A DNA stretch of 64,000 bases, taken from the NCBI GenBank assembly GCA_963808235.1, contig CAWEEQ010000004.1:608001-672000 (forward strand). The letters are read 5' to 3'. The stretch comes from an uncultured delta proteobacterium (GTDB taxonomy: Bacteria; Desulfobacterota; Binatia; Binatales; Binataceae). The notes below the pieces were generated by a model, which worked only from the letters and a program-made list of their open reading frames with translations, searched no databases and was not told the origin of the DNA. Made by a program: the position numbers and the translations under genes. Of this stretch, positions 47,289 through 56,770 are shown in pieces; position 1 is the first letter of the stretch, and every line of letters starts with the position of its first letter.

Positions 47289-47322
47289 CAAAAAAAAGGC
47301 GATCCCCAAGGGATCGCCCCAA
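47289..47322 (-). terminator. Terminator after the small zinc-ribbon gene
   Basis: GGCGATCCC/GGGATCGCC hairpin preceded by an A run on the plus strand. Confidence 0.75.
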
Positions 47323-47340
47323 AACGCAACGAAACTTTAA

Positions 47341-47526
47341 TTAGTGCTTCGTCTCGATTCGCCTGCCGTAGGTCACTTCGCCCTTATCGACGCGCAACGA
47401 GAAGCCGCAATCGGGATTCGTGCAGACCCACGCCTTGAAAAGAACCGAAGCGCCTTCCTGTCCATAATCCGAAAGAGGAATCAGCGTACCATTATTGCAT
47501 TTCTGGCACTTCGGCCACTCCATCAT
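47341..47526 (-). CDS. Small zinc-ribbon protein
   Basis: AAGGAGG RBS; CQKC...CTNPDC; 61 aa. Confidence 0.8.
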   Translation of the reverse strand: MMEWPKCQKCNNGTLIPLSDYGQEGASVLFKAWVCTNPDCGFSLRVDKGEVTYGRRIETKH

Positions 47527-47697
47527 CCGCGCCTCCTTACAGCCGACCCGAACCGCATCGTCCGTGCTGAAATTATCCGACCCCCAAATCTAAAGCAACG
47601 TGCCGCGAGCCAATTCCGGCGCCTCGCCGATACCTCTTTTGGGGGACGAAATTCGATATGTGGGCAGGCGCCTGAGCGGAAAGATTGAACGGAAAGG

Positions 47698-49185
47698 TTA
47701 CTTGAGCGCGCGGACCGAGAAGCCGCGGTCGTTGCTGCATAGCAGCGAGCGCTTGCCGTCGAGCACGGTCTCGAGCACGACCTCATGGCCCCACAATCGT
47801 TGCAGATACGCGAGGCTCTTTTCCGCGTATTCCAGATGAAGGTCGCGGGCGTCGTGCTGATGCTTCACATAAAGGGTGCGATTCTGGCCGAAGTCGGCAT
47901 CCTCGACCTTGAGCACTGGAATCGAGTTGGTGCCGACGTTCTTGATCAGCGTTTCCTTGACTTCGCGCCATCCGTCGTCGTCGGCGACTTTGCTCACCAC
48001 CAGTTCCTCGCCGCGCGCTTCGTACTCGAAGATGTCCATCTCGCGCATCAGGTCTTCGGTCAGATAGCGGCGCAGGAACGATGCGTCGCGCTCGACTTCG
48101 CGGGCCTCGAAAATCTTCTCGGTGCCGGTCTTCACCGGCGACCCGTCGCGCTTTATTTCCTCGGCGGTGGGTTCCGTGTAGCGCCGGTAAATGTCTTCCC
48201 AAATTTTGAGTCCGAGATGGTACGGGTTGATTTGGCCCGGAATCGGCCGCACGACCTGGTTGTGACGCACGATGAATTCGAGATGCAGTCCCTGGTCGAG
48301 ATCGAGCGATTCCAGAATCCGCTTGTGCCAGTAGCTGGCCCATCCCTCGTTCATGATCTTGGTTTCCGCCATCGAGACGAAGTACTTCGCTTCTTCGTCC
48401 GCGATAGTCAGCAGATCTTTTTCCCAATCGGCAAGAAACGGATTGTGATCGCGGATAAAGAGCAGCAGATCTTCGTCGGGCTCGAGCGGAACTTTGTGGA
48501 AATCGGGAACTTCGATTTCCTTGCGCGCATGGATCTTCTGAAATGGATCGGGCTGTCCCTGCGCGGCGGTCTCGGCGCGATCCAGTTGCTCGCGCGGGCT
48601 CAGTTTCTTGATCGCGAAATTGCGCCGGCACTGCCACGACAGCGCATGCGCCGCGTCGAGAATTCGCTCCACCTTCTCGACCCCGATCGAAGGATCCTCG
48701 ACGTAGCGGCGGACCCGGAGCGCATGCGCCTTGAAGATCTCGATCGTGTGTTCGGCGCGGGTCGACGATTTGTAGGTAAAATTGTTCTTGAAGAAATCGT
48801 TGTGCCCGTAGACGTGCGCGATCGTCAGGATCTGCAGGAGCATCGTGTTGTCGCGCATCAGGTACGCGATCGCCGGATTCGAATTGATCACCATCTCGTA
48901 GGGCAAGCCGCTGACCCCGTGATCGTAGAGCGTCTTCAGCTTTTCGTACGACTTGCCGTACGACCAATGCGGATAGTGCGAGGGCATCCCGGAGTACGCC
49001 ATGTACCCGAGCATCCCGGAGTGATCGCAAATCTCGAATTCCTGCGGGTAACAGTCGAGCCCGAACTCGGCCACCTTCTCGCGAATTTTTTCGTCCCACT
49101 CGACGAGGTCTTTTAGCTCGTAGGGGGCGATTTTGGCCACCTTGCCGACGCTTGCCGCGTTTGCGATTCCTTCGCCCGAGCTCAT
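47698..49185 (-). CDS. SpoVR/YcgB family protein
   Basis: YPHWSYGK, YEMVINSNP, AHVYGHNDFFKNN, TKIMNEGWASYWH. Confidence 0.95.
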   Translation of the reverse strand: MSSGEGIANAASVGKVAKIAPYELKDLVEWDEKIREKVAEFGLDCYPQEFEICDHSGMLGYMAYSGMPSHYPHWSYGKSYEKLKTLYDHGVSGLPYEMVINSNPAIAYLMRDNTMLLQILTIAHVYGHNDFFKNNFTYKSSTRAEHTIEIFKAHALRVRRYVEDPSIGVEKVERILDAAHALSWQCRRNFAIKKLSPREQLDRAETAAQGQPDPFQKIHARKEIEVPDFHKVPLEPDEDLLLFIRDHNPFLADWEKDLLTIADEEAKYFVSMAETKIMNEGWASYWHKRILESLDLDQGLHLEFIVRHNQVVRPIPGQINPYHLGLKIWEDIYRRYTEPTAEEIKRDGSPVKTGTEKIFEAREVERDASFLRRYLTEDLMREMDIFEYEARGEELVVSKVADDDGWREVKETLIKNVGTNSIPVLKVEDADFGQNRTLYVKHQHDARDLHLEYAEKSLAYLQRLWGHEVVLETVLDGKRSLLCSNDRGFSVRALK

Positions 49186-50525
49186 GATTCCTTTACCCGG
49201 TCCTTGGCCAGGAACGCCTTGAACGACGGCCAGATGTCCTCTTTGCGTTCGATCAGCACGGTGTGGAAGTTGGGCGCCTGGATTCGGCGGAACACGTTGA
49301 GCATCGAAGATTCATAGTAGCGCGAGCCGAGCGGTTTGATTTCGCCGTAGCCGAACAGGTTGCAGATGGTGGCGAGTTCCTCCGCGTCTTTGAGCGCGGC
49401 GGGATTGTCGGAGTCGAAGTTGTCGCCGTCGGAGCAGTGGAACGCGTACACGTTCCACAAGGACGGATGGTAGCGCGCGGCGATGATCTCCAGCGCCTTC
49501 GCGTATCCCGATGAAATGAAAGTGCCGCCCGATTCACCCTTGTGGAAGAACTCTTCCTCGGTGACCTCGCTGGCCTCCGTGTGATGCGCGATGAAAACGA
49601 TTTCGACGTTGCGGTAGCGGGTCGAGATGAACTGGTAGAGGAGAAAGAAGAAGCTGCGCGCGAGATACTTCTTCATCGTGTCCATCGAGCCCGAGGTATC
49701 CATGATGCAAATGACCGCGGCGTTGGACTCTTCCTTGGTGTCGACTTCGACGTGCTTGTAGCGCAAGTCATCCTGATGGAACGGGAAGCGCCGCTTGACG
49801 CGCTGGAACGCGGCGACGGTTGCGGGAGCGAGCGCTTCCTCATCGGGTGTGCCTTGGTCGAGAGTGCCTTCTTCGAGCGCGATTTCATCCAGCGCGCCTT
49901 CAACGTCGGCGTCGGCGCCGATTTCGCGGTCGGCCTTCGACTCGGCCAGGGCGCGCGCGGCCGCATCGTTGCGTTTGTCCGACGCGAGCATCCGCATCAC
50001 GCGCTGCTTGGCGGTGCGCCGCTTGTCGAGCCGGATGCGGATGCCGACCTTGCGGTAGCCTTTGCGCCGCGACGAGTATTCGGACTGGATTTCGCGCAGC
50101 GCGCGGCGTTCGAGGTTGGGCAGCTCGAGATCCTCGAACATGATCTCGATCAGCTCCTCGAGGGTGACGTCGGTCTCGTAGTAGTCGACGCCGGGACGAT
50201 CGCCGGCATGTTCGTCGCCCTTGCCGAGGCCGTCCTTGCCGGTCTTGCCGACGACCTGGCCGGGGCGGGTCTCGCCGTCGCCCTGCGATGCGCCGGGGGC
50301 GTTGTCGCCGTAGACGAAGCGGTATTCCTTGATTCCGCGGAGCGGAACCTTGATGACGCGATCTTTATCTTTGCCGATGATCGATTCTTCGGCGATTATG
50401 TCGGCGATATTTTCGCGGATCGATTCGCGGACTTTCTGGCGATGGCGCAGCCGGTCGCCGGCTGAGCGATCGGAGCGCTCGGCGTCGGAAATCCGGTACT
50501 CGCGGAAGATTGTGTCGCCGCTCAT
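49182..50525 (-). CDS. YeaH/YhbH (DUF444) vWA-like protein
   Basis: MDTSGSM, ESGGT.ISS, HCSDGDN, FGYGEI. Confidence 0.95.
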   Translation of the reverse strand: MSGDTIFREYRISDAERSDRSAGDRLRHRQKVRESIRENIADIIAEESIIGKDKDRVIKVPLRGIKEYRFVYGDNAPGASQGDGETRPGQVVGKTGKDGLGKGDEHAGDRPGVDYYETDVTLEELIEIMFEDLELPNLERRALREIQSEYSSRRKGYRKVGIRIRLDKRRTAKQRVMRMLASDKRNDAAARALAESKADREIGADADVEGALDEIALEEGTLDQGTPDEEALAPATVAAFQRVKRRFPFHQDDLRYKHVEVDTKEESNAAVICIMDTSGSMDTMKKYLARSFFFLLYQFISTRYRNVEIVFIAHHTEASEVTEEEFFHKGESGGTFISSGYAKALEIIAARYHPSLWNVYAFHCSDGDNFDSDNPAALKDAEELATICNLFGYGEIKPLGSRYYESSMLNVFRRIQAPNFHTVLIERKEDIWPSFKAFLAKDRVKES

Positions 50526-50590
50526 AGTTGCATCACAGGGGCTGTTTGCGTCGCGGAACTCAACGCACTGTGATTGCCTTGGGCGCGGCT

Positions 50591-51203
50591 CCGGGTTTCT
50601 TCGCTGCGCTCAGAATGACACAAAAAACAGACTCCACTCGGAAGAACATAAAACATCAACCCTGTGGATCGAACTTTCATTCTGGTTCTTTGTGGGTCTG
50701 CTCTGCGTCCTTGTGTCATTCTGAGCGAAGCGAAGAAACCCGGTCTTCGCTCGACACAGCACTCAAGTCCTGCCACGAGGGGTTTTCTTGTTCAATCAGT
50801 GCAATCTTTTTTGACCGCGTTAGGGACTTAATATGTTTCTCGGCTTCAATCGCTGCGCCGATGTCGTTTGTCTCCTGGAAATAGACTAAACGGTCGATGC
50901 CGTAGCGTTTTGTGAATCCGTCGAGGGTGCCGCTTTTGTGTTCGTACACGCGGCGTTCGAGATCGTTGGTCACGCCAACGTAGAGCGTTCGCGAGATGCT
51001 GCTCATGATGTAGACGAAGTAGGACTTGGGGCTCGATGTTCTTCGCGTGGTCATCCGGGTTTCCTTGCTTCGCTCGGAATGACACAACGATCAGGCACGG
51101 AATTGAGGAAAGGCACGATGTCCTCGCTTCGCCTTGGGTCTTGGAGGGTCGATGTTCTTCGCGTGGTCATCCGGGTTTCCTTGCTTCGCTCGGAATGACA
51201 CAA
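50591..51203. repeat. Four GTCAT-tagged repeats around the GIY-YIG gene
   Basis: Copies at 50591-50622 (-), 50712-50743 (+), 51055-51086 (-), 51171-51202 (-); exact 55-bp duplication 51033-51087 / 51149-51203. Confidence 0.92.
50716..51054 (-). CDS. Small stand-alone GIY-YIG nuclease
   Basis: YFVYIM...TLYVGVTNDLERRVYEHK, GFTKRY, AIEAEKHIK, NPSWQDL. Confidence 0.92.
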   Translation of the reverse strand: MTTRRTSSPKSYFVYIMSSISRTLYVGVTNDLERRVYEHKSGTLDGFTKRYGIDRLVYFQETNDIGAAIEAEKHIKSLTRSKKIALIEQENPSWQDLSAVSSEDRVSSLRSE

Positions 51204-51259
51204 AGACCAGACTCGGCTCAGTCAGATTGGTCGTTTGCTTGTTCCTCGGCGTTATTTGC

Positions 51260-53194
51260 TTAATCCTTCCACAAATTGTTGGCTGCGTACTTCAGGACTA
51301 CGTCTACGCAGGATTCGCAGTAGCCGTTTTCCAGCAGGTTTTTTACCATCGAGCTGTACTTTTCGCCTTGCTCCTCGTCGCGGGTGCGGGCCTTGGTGAT
51401 GATGCGTGAGATGTCGCGGACCGAGGTCATCAGCTTTTTCTCGATCGCTTCCTTGAGCGGCTCGTAGCTCTTGTAGCTGATCTTCTCGTTGCGCCGCGAA
51501 GTGGCCCACAGGTACGCGATCACTTCCTGGCGGAATCCGTCGGCGGCCGAGCCGATTATCGCGATCTGCTCTTCGATCGACTTCAGGAACCCTTCGTCCG
51601 GCGACAGTTCCTCATTGGTATTCCGGTCGCGGACGCGGGTCTTATTGACGTAGGCCTCGGCGTGATCGAGGTAGTTCTGGAACAGCGATTCCGCCTGCTC
51701 CTGGTAGGAGTAAACGAACGCGCGGGTGATCTCTTTTTCGAGCAGGTCGAGATATTCCTTGTGCAGCGTGTCCTGCAGGAACTCGAGGTACTGCTTGCGG
51801 GTATCGTCGGGCAGGTCGCCCTCCTTGGTCATCGAGATGAGCGCCTCGCGCACGTTGATCGGATTGATGCAGTTGCCGGTGACGTTGTCGGAGAGCGCAT
51901 TGTCGAGCGCCTTCATGATGAAGCGGGTCGAGATTCCCGACATCCCTTCGCGCTTGGTGTCCTCTTTCAGTTCCTGCACGTCGATCTTCTTGGTGCGTCC
52001 CTTCTCGACGACTTCCTCGCCGTTGTAGAGCCGCAGCTTGGTCATCAGATCGCATTTTGAGGTCGGCTCGAGCCGCGACAGGATCGCGTACATCGAGGCG
52101 AGCTCGAGCGTGTGCGGCGCCACGTGCGCGCGGAAGTCGGAGTTCCTGATGATCTTCTGATAGATCTTCACTTCTTCCGACAGGCGCAGGTTGTAGGGCA
52201 CCTTGACCACGACGATACGATCGAGGATCGCCTCGTTGGTGTGATCGGCTTTGAACTTCTGCCATTCCGCTTCGTTCGAATGCGCGACGATGCAGGTATC
52301 GACGTAGACCATCCCATGCCGCCCCGGCGCCGGAATGACTTTTTCCTGGGTCGCCGTGATCATCGCGTGCAGGTACTCGGTCTCGTTCTTGAAGACTTCG
52401 ATGAACTCGACGATCCCGCGGTTGCCGACGTTGAGCGCGCCGTTAAGCTCGAGCACGCGGGGGTCGCCTTCCGAATACTGATCGAGTTTCGAGATGTCTT
52501 CCGATCCGATCAGAACCGAGGTGTCCTGGTTATTCGGATCGACCGGCGGAACCACGCCGACACCGACCCGGTTGCGCTTGGAGAAGGCGCGCGCGGAGAT
52601 CGGGAATTCCTCGTAACGGTTGTTGAACTCGGATTTCAGGCGATAGCGGCATACCGGGCAGAGATCGCCCTCGATGTGCACGCCGAGCATCTTCTCGAAC
52701 TCGCGGCGCAGATGGCGCGGGACGAGATGCAGCGGCTCCTCGTTCATCGGGCATCCTTCGATCGCGTAAATCAGGCCGACCTGCTCGAGGCCGCGCTGGA
52801 TGCGCTCGACCAGCGAGCTCTTGCCCGATCCGACCGGTCCCATCAGGTACAGAACCTGACGGCTCTCTTCGCCCTTGAGCGAGGCGGAATGGAAGTAGCG
52901 GACTATCTGCGCGATAGTGCGCTCGATTCCGAAAAATTCCTCGGCGAAGAAGTTGAAGACCTTGATCGGCTCGTCCTTGTAGAGCCGCTTGGTACGGGGA
53001 TCATCGGTGTCGGACAGCGGATGCAAGCCCGACGAGATGATCAGATCGTAGATGCGCGCGTGCGAGAGCTTGGTCATGATCGGGTCGGCCTTGACCAGCT
53101 CGAGGTATTCGAGCAGCGTGCCGCGCCATTGTTTCGACTCGCGCGCGGCGCGGTCTTCCTTGATCACTCGCTCGAAGTGGTTGAGATCCGCCAT
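51260..53194 (-). CDS. prkA: PrkA/YeaG family serine protein kinase/AAA+ ATPase
   Basis: GPVGSGKSS, NRGIVEFIE.FK, AHSNEAEW, GMSGISTRF. Confidence 0.95.
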   Translation of the reverse strand: MADLNHFERVIKEDRAARESKQWRGTLLEYLELVKADPIMTKLSHARIYDLIISSGLHPLSDTDDPRTKRLYKDEPIKVFNFFAEEFFGIERTIAQIVRYFHSASLKGEESRQVLYLMGPVGSGKSSLVERIQRGLEQVGLIYAIEGCPMNEEPLHLVPRHLRREFEKMLGVHIEGDLCPVCRYRLKSEFNNRYEEFPISARAFSKRNRVGVGVVPPVDPNNQDTSVLIGSEDISKLDQYSEGDPRVLELNGALNVGNRGIVEFIEVFKNETEYLHAMITATQEKVIPAPGRHGMVYVDTCIVAHSNEAEWQKFKADHTNEAILDRIVVVKVPYNLRLSEEVKIYQKIIRNSDFRAHVAPHTLELASMYAILSRLEPTSKCDLMTKLRLYNGEEVVEKGRTKKIDVQELKEDTKREGMSGISTRFIMKALDNALSDNVTGNCINPINVREALISMTKEGDLPDDTRKQYLEFLQDTLHKEYLDLLEKEITRAFVYSYQEQAESLFQNYLDHAEAYVNKTRVRDRNTNEELSPDEGFLKSIEEQIAIIGSAADGFRQEVIAYLWATSRRNEKISYKSYEPLKEAIEKKLMTSVRDISRIITKARTRDEEQGEKYSSMVKNLLENGYCESCVDVVLKYAANNLWKD

Positions 53195-53375
53195 CGGCTA
53201 TCTCCTTCGGGTAAAAGTGTTTCGGGGTAAGTTGTATTGAGCAGTTAGACTGCCAGAGGGAGCGGGAAGCGTTCGGGCCGTGCGACTTTTATAGCCCATT
53301 CTGCATCCGAGTATATCGGAGCCGGGCAGGTGCAACAAGCAAGCATCCGAAAAAGCGCATCGAAAGCGAATCTTC

Positions 53376-53432
53376 GGAATCCTAGTCTCGCCTGCGCGGC
53401 TGGCGGCAGGGGTGACCCCTGCACCCAGTGTC
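53376..53432 (-). repeat. Inverted near-identical copy of 24135-24192 (GCAGGGGTGACCCCTGC family)
   Basis: GAATCCTAGTCTCGCCTGCGCGGCTGGCGGCAGGGGTGACCCCTGCACCCAGTGTC. Confidence 0.85.
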
Positions 53433-53617
53433 TACACGGAGCGAAGCGGCCAGTGGCGGCATTTCGCGGTGGTTTTGGGTGTGGGGAGTGCGCGAAACCT
53501 TGCAGGGGGTTTCTTTGATTGAGTTTGGGCACTGAGTGGTGGCACGAGCTGGAAGCTCGCGCATCACCCACGGGCAGGGACGCCCGTGCCACTAGAATTT
53601 TAGGAAAATTGGGAAAA

Positions 53618-54505
53618 TTAGGAAAATTGGAAAAGGTGGTCGGAGACGGGGACTGCTTCGCCGAGGACGATGCGGCCGCGATCGTTTTTGACGCGCGCTG
53701 CGAAGACCGCGTCGTCGTGGGCGAACGACAGCCACCACGCGTTCTTTTCCGCGAGTCCAAGGTAGTGCGCTTTCTGTTCCATCGTGCGGAGTGCGTCGAG
53801 ATCGTAGGCCTGGTTCCATGGACCGCGCAGATGCGAACGGGTTGGGATGATATCGGCCATGTGCATGAAGCATTCGCCGCCGTCGCTCACAATTGCCGCC
53901 TGATGATCGCGAGTATGGCCGCCGGTTACCACGGCGCGCACGCCCGGAACGATGTCGGTGTCGCCGTCGATTGCTTCGAGCATCGTGCGCACCGGCGCCA
54001 GGATTTCGCGGCAGTGGCGATAGGCGGCGTGCAGGCGCTCGTTGCGCGGATTCTCGGCGATCTCGAGTTCGCCGCGCTGCACAAAAATCCGCGCGCGCGG
54101 AAACGCGGGCTCGAGCACCCCTGAATCTCGCCGGCGCACGATTCCTCCGCAGTGATCGAAATGCAGATGCGAAACGATCACGGCTGTGATGTCGTTGGGT
54201 TCCATCCCGAGCGCGCGGATGTGCGAGGGGAGCCATCCGTCGCCGTGATCGAAGATCTGTCGCTCGACGTCGCTCAGGCGGTTGCCGATTCCGGTGTCGA
54301 CCAGGATCGCGTCGGTGCCTTTCATAATGAGCGGACAGGTCAAGTTGAGGCGGATACGATTGCGCTCGTCGGGCGGATGGTTGCGTTTCCAGAGTTCGCG
54401 CGGGACCACGCCGAACATGCATCCGCCGTCGTTGCGCCATAGGCCATCGGCGAGGAACGCGACGGAGAATGCGCCGATTTTGATTTTTGGTGGTAGTGCT
54501 GGCAT
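53618..54505 (-). CDS. MBL-fold metallohydrolase (YtnP-like)
   Basis: DGG.MFGVVP, HLHFDHCGG, GHT..HQ, FAHD. Confidence 0.9.
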   Translation of the reverse strand: MPALPPKIKIGAFSVAFLADGLWRNDGGCMFGVVPRELWKRNHPPDERNRIRLNLTCPLIMKGTDAILVDTGIGNRLSDVERQIFDHGDGWLPSHIRALGMEPNDITAVIVSHLHFDHCGGIVRRRDSGVLEPAFPRARIFVQRGELEIAENPRNERLHAAYRHCREILAPVRTMLEAIDGDTDIVPGVRAVVTGGHTRDHQAAIVSDGGECFMHMADIIPTRSHLRGPWNQAYDLDALRTMEQKAHYLGLAEKNAWWLSFAHDDAVFAARVKNDRGRIVLGEAVPVSDHLFQFS

Positions 54506-54592
54506 CTACCTAACCCCTAACCCCTTCCCCTGGTGGAATCGCCCCCGGCGCGTGGGGAACCAAATCAAAGGCGAGAGCGGCAAGAAATTGGT

Positions 54593-55054
54593 TCAACTTC
54601 CCGTCAACCATAATCCGAGCAGCAGTGCGATACTGCCCATCGCGACGACTGCGGCGTGCGCCTTCACTGTCCGATCAAGAAGGCCCGCGAGCGCATCGCT
54701 CCGTCCGCGTTCGATCACAGCTCTGAAGGTCACGCCGATTCTGATCGAGTAGCGCATCACGGCGATCATCGCGATGAAGAGTGCGATCTTGATCGTGAGT
54801 ACGGTGATGAACGTGATCGAAAAGGTGAATTGCCGCGAAATTCCGGCTTCCACGAAATTGATCAGCCCGGCCAGGAACAGCAGCGCTGCGGCAGCCATCG
54901 CGAGGAGATCGATCTGGGGAGCCGCGTTGACGGCGAAGTGACGCTGCTCGGCGCTTCCCGGCTCGGGTGCGAATCCCGCGATGACGAAGCATGCGCATGC
55001 GCCGATCCACACTGCGCCCGCCGCCGCGTGTATCCATAGAATCGTCGTCGCCAA
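54593..55054 (-). CDS. Four-helix membrane protein (CopD/DUF2269-like)
   Basis: H....AVWIG N-terminal motif; four hydrophobic helices. Confidence 0.65.
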   Translation of the reverse strand: MATTILWIHAAAGAVWIGACACFVIAGFAPEPGSAEQRHFAVNAAPQIDLLAMAAAALLFLAGLINFVEAGISRQFTFSITFITVLTIKIALFIAMIAVMRYSIRIGVTFRAVIERGRSDALAGLLDRTVKAHAAVVAMGSIALLLGLWLTGS

Positions 55055-55154
55055 TGGTCTGGTTCCCCCTGTTCGCGCGATCGGCGAAAAGACTAATCCG
55101 CGACGCGTTTGATTGCATCCCTGATGCGCGCTGGCGGAACGTGAGGGCGCGACG

Positions 55155-55269
55155 GCATCGAGCTGAATGCGCGCGCCCTCACCCGACGCAGCGTCGGCCT
55201 CTCCCGGGGGGAGAGGCGAATCAGGAAATCGCTTGGCGGGAAGCCCCTTCGACTTCGCTCAGGACGACA
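55155..55269. repeat. REP-like repeats: inverted copy of 26641-26706 plus a GTC(A/G)T-type copy
   Basis: GCGCGCCCTCACCCG...CCTCTCCCGGGGGGAGAGGCG; CCCTTCGACTTCGCTCAGGACGACA. Confidence 0.75.
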
Positions 55270-55449
55270 GAAAGGAGGACGACAGAAGGAGGAGGATCCG
55301 GTTGCTTGATGGGTGGCGCATCCGGATCATAGCCGGGCTGTTTCGCGCGAGCGGCGTCGCGAAAAATTGGAGCTTAACTGGCGGCCAAAATACTGACATG
55401 ATGTAGCGGAATTTTCGTTTCGATTTTTTTTGTGGAGGGGAGGACATCA

Positions 55450-56529
55450 ATGAAGTACCGGGGGACAGCGGCGGCGTTGGCGGCTTTTATTTTGGCGATC
55501 GGAATCGGGAGCGCAGCGATGGCGGCCGGTCCGCTCGTCAACTGCAGTCAGACTCTCTTTCAGGCTCGGCCAATCGATCTCGGCGTTTCGGGCGGAAATA
55601 TCCACGCCTTCTTCAATAACCATCGGATTTGCACCAGCGGGACGCTCGGATCGGAGGTGCAGAATACAGGCGGCACTGCGTTCGTCTTGAGCAACAATCA
55701 CGTGCTCGCGGACGTTAACAAGGCCACGCCCGGACAACTCATCGTGCAGCCCGGCTTGGCGGACGAAGGCTGCCAGAAATTCAAGGATGACGCGGTTGCA
55801 AAGTTCTCCAAGGCGGTGCCCATCAATTTCGGCGGCAAAAACACCGTCGACGCGGCGATCGCGCAAGTAATTTCGGGAGACGTGAACTCGGAAATCCTGA
55901 ATATCGGGCCGATAGCAGCGACGACTGTTACCGCTTCCCCGGGATTGGCGGTGCAGAAGATGGGCAGTAATACTTGCCTTACGGCTGGAACTATCACGGC
56001 GGTGGCGATGAAAGGAAAGGTTGGTTACCCCGGGGGAAAAACCGCCAAGTTCGTAGATCAAATCGTGATTGCGGTCCAGGATTTCGGTGGGCCCGGCGAC
56101 TCCGGATCGCTCATCGTAACCCAGGATAGTTGCCCGCAAGCAGTTGGACTGCTGTTCGCCGGAACATCTGACCAGTCGCAGACGATCGCCAATCCGATTT
56201 CCGATGTGCTGACCAAGTTGAAGGTCACAATGGTTGGGGGATGCACTGCCGCGACGGCCGCGCCGCGAGCTTCTGACGAGGCCGGCAATATCGGGATGTC
56301 GAAAGAGGTCGTGGATTCCGCGAAGGCGGTTCGCGACCGGCACGAAGACCAGCTCATGAGTATCCCGGGCGCCGTCGGCACGGCGATTGGAATCGGCGAT
56401 CAACCGGGGCAGGCGTCGATCGAAGTTTATATAAAAAAGGCGACTCCTGAGGCGCAAGCTGCCGCGCCCAAGGATGTCGAAGGCGTTCCGGTAAAACTGA
56501 TCGAGAACGGCGGCTTCGTAGCGTACTGA
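55450..56529 (+). CDS. Secreted trypsin-like serine protease (Nal1-like), paralog 1
   Basis: Signal peptide; SNNHV, VDAA and PGDSGS triad; GTLG. Confidence 0.85.
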   Translation: MKYRGTAAALAAFILAIGIGSAAMAAGPLVNCSQTLFQARPIDLGVSGGNIHAFFNNHRICTSGTLGSEVQNTGGTAFVLSNNHVLADVNKATPGQLIVQPGLADEGCQKFKDDAVAKFSKAVPINFGGKNTVDAAIAQVISGDVNSEILNIGPIAATTVTASPGLAVQKMGSNTCLTAGTITAVAMKGKVGYPGGKTAKFVDQIVIAVQDFGGPGDSGSLIVTQDSCPQAVGLLFAGTSDQSQTIANPISDVLTKLKVTMVGGCTAATAAPRASDEAGNIGMSKEVVDSAKAVRDRHEDQLMSIPGAVGTAIGIGDQPGQASIEVYIKKATPEAQAAAPKDVEGVPVKLIENGGFVAY

Positions 56530-56770
56530 GTGCGGAGCCCGATCGCGCGGCATCGCGCCACCAAATCCCGAGGGTGAACCGGCTCCGAGGCCTGCGATCC
56601 GCGCTTGGCGTTGTGGTCGCTCGGCGGGTGTTAACGCGCGGTTAGCGTGCCGCAGAGCGTTATAGATAGTAAGACACCTATCTTTGGTGTAAACCTTGCT
56701 GGTAACGCGCAATCAAGTGCGGACTTCAATTTTAGGGAGGGGAAAGATGCAGGAAGAGTGGGGGATAACT

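Noticed and set aside
50591-51203. CRISPR-like or IS200/IS605 element
   Set aside because: Repeats are in mixed orientation with irregular spacing, and the protein has GIY-YIG motifs rather than HUH or TnpB motifs.
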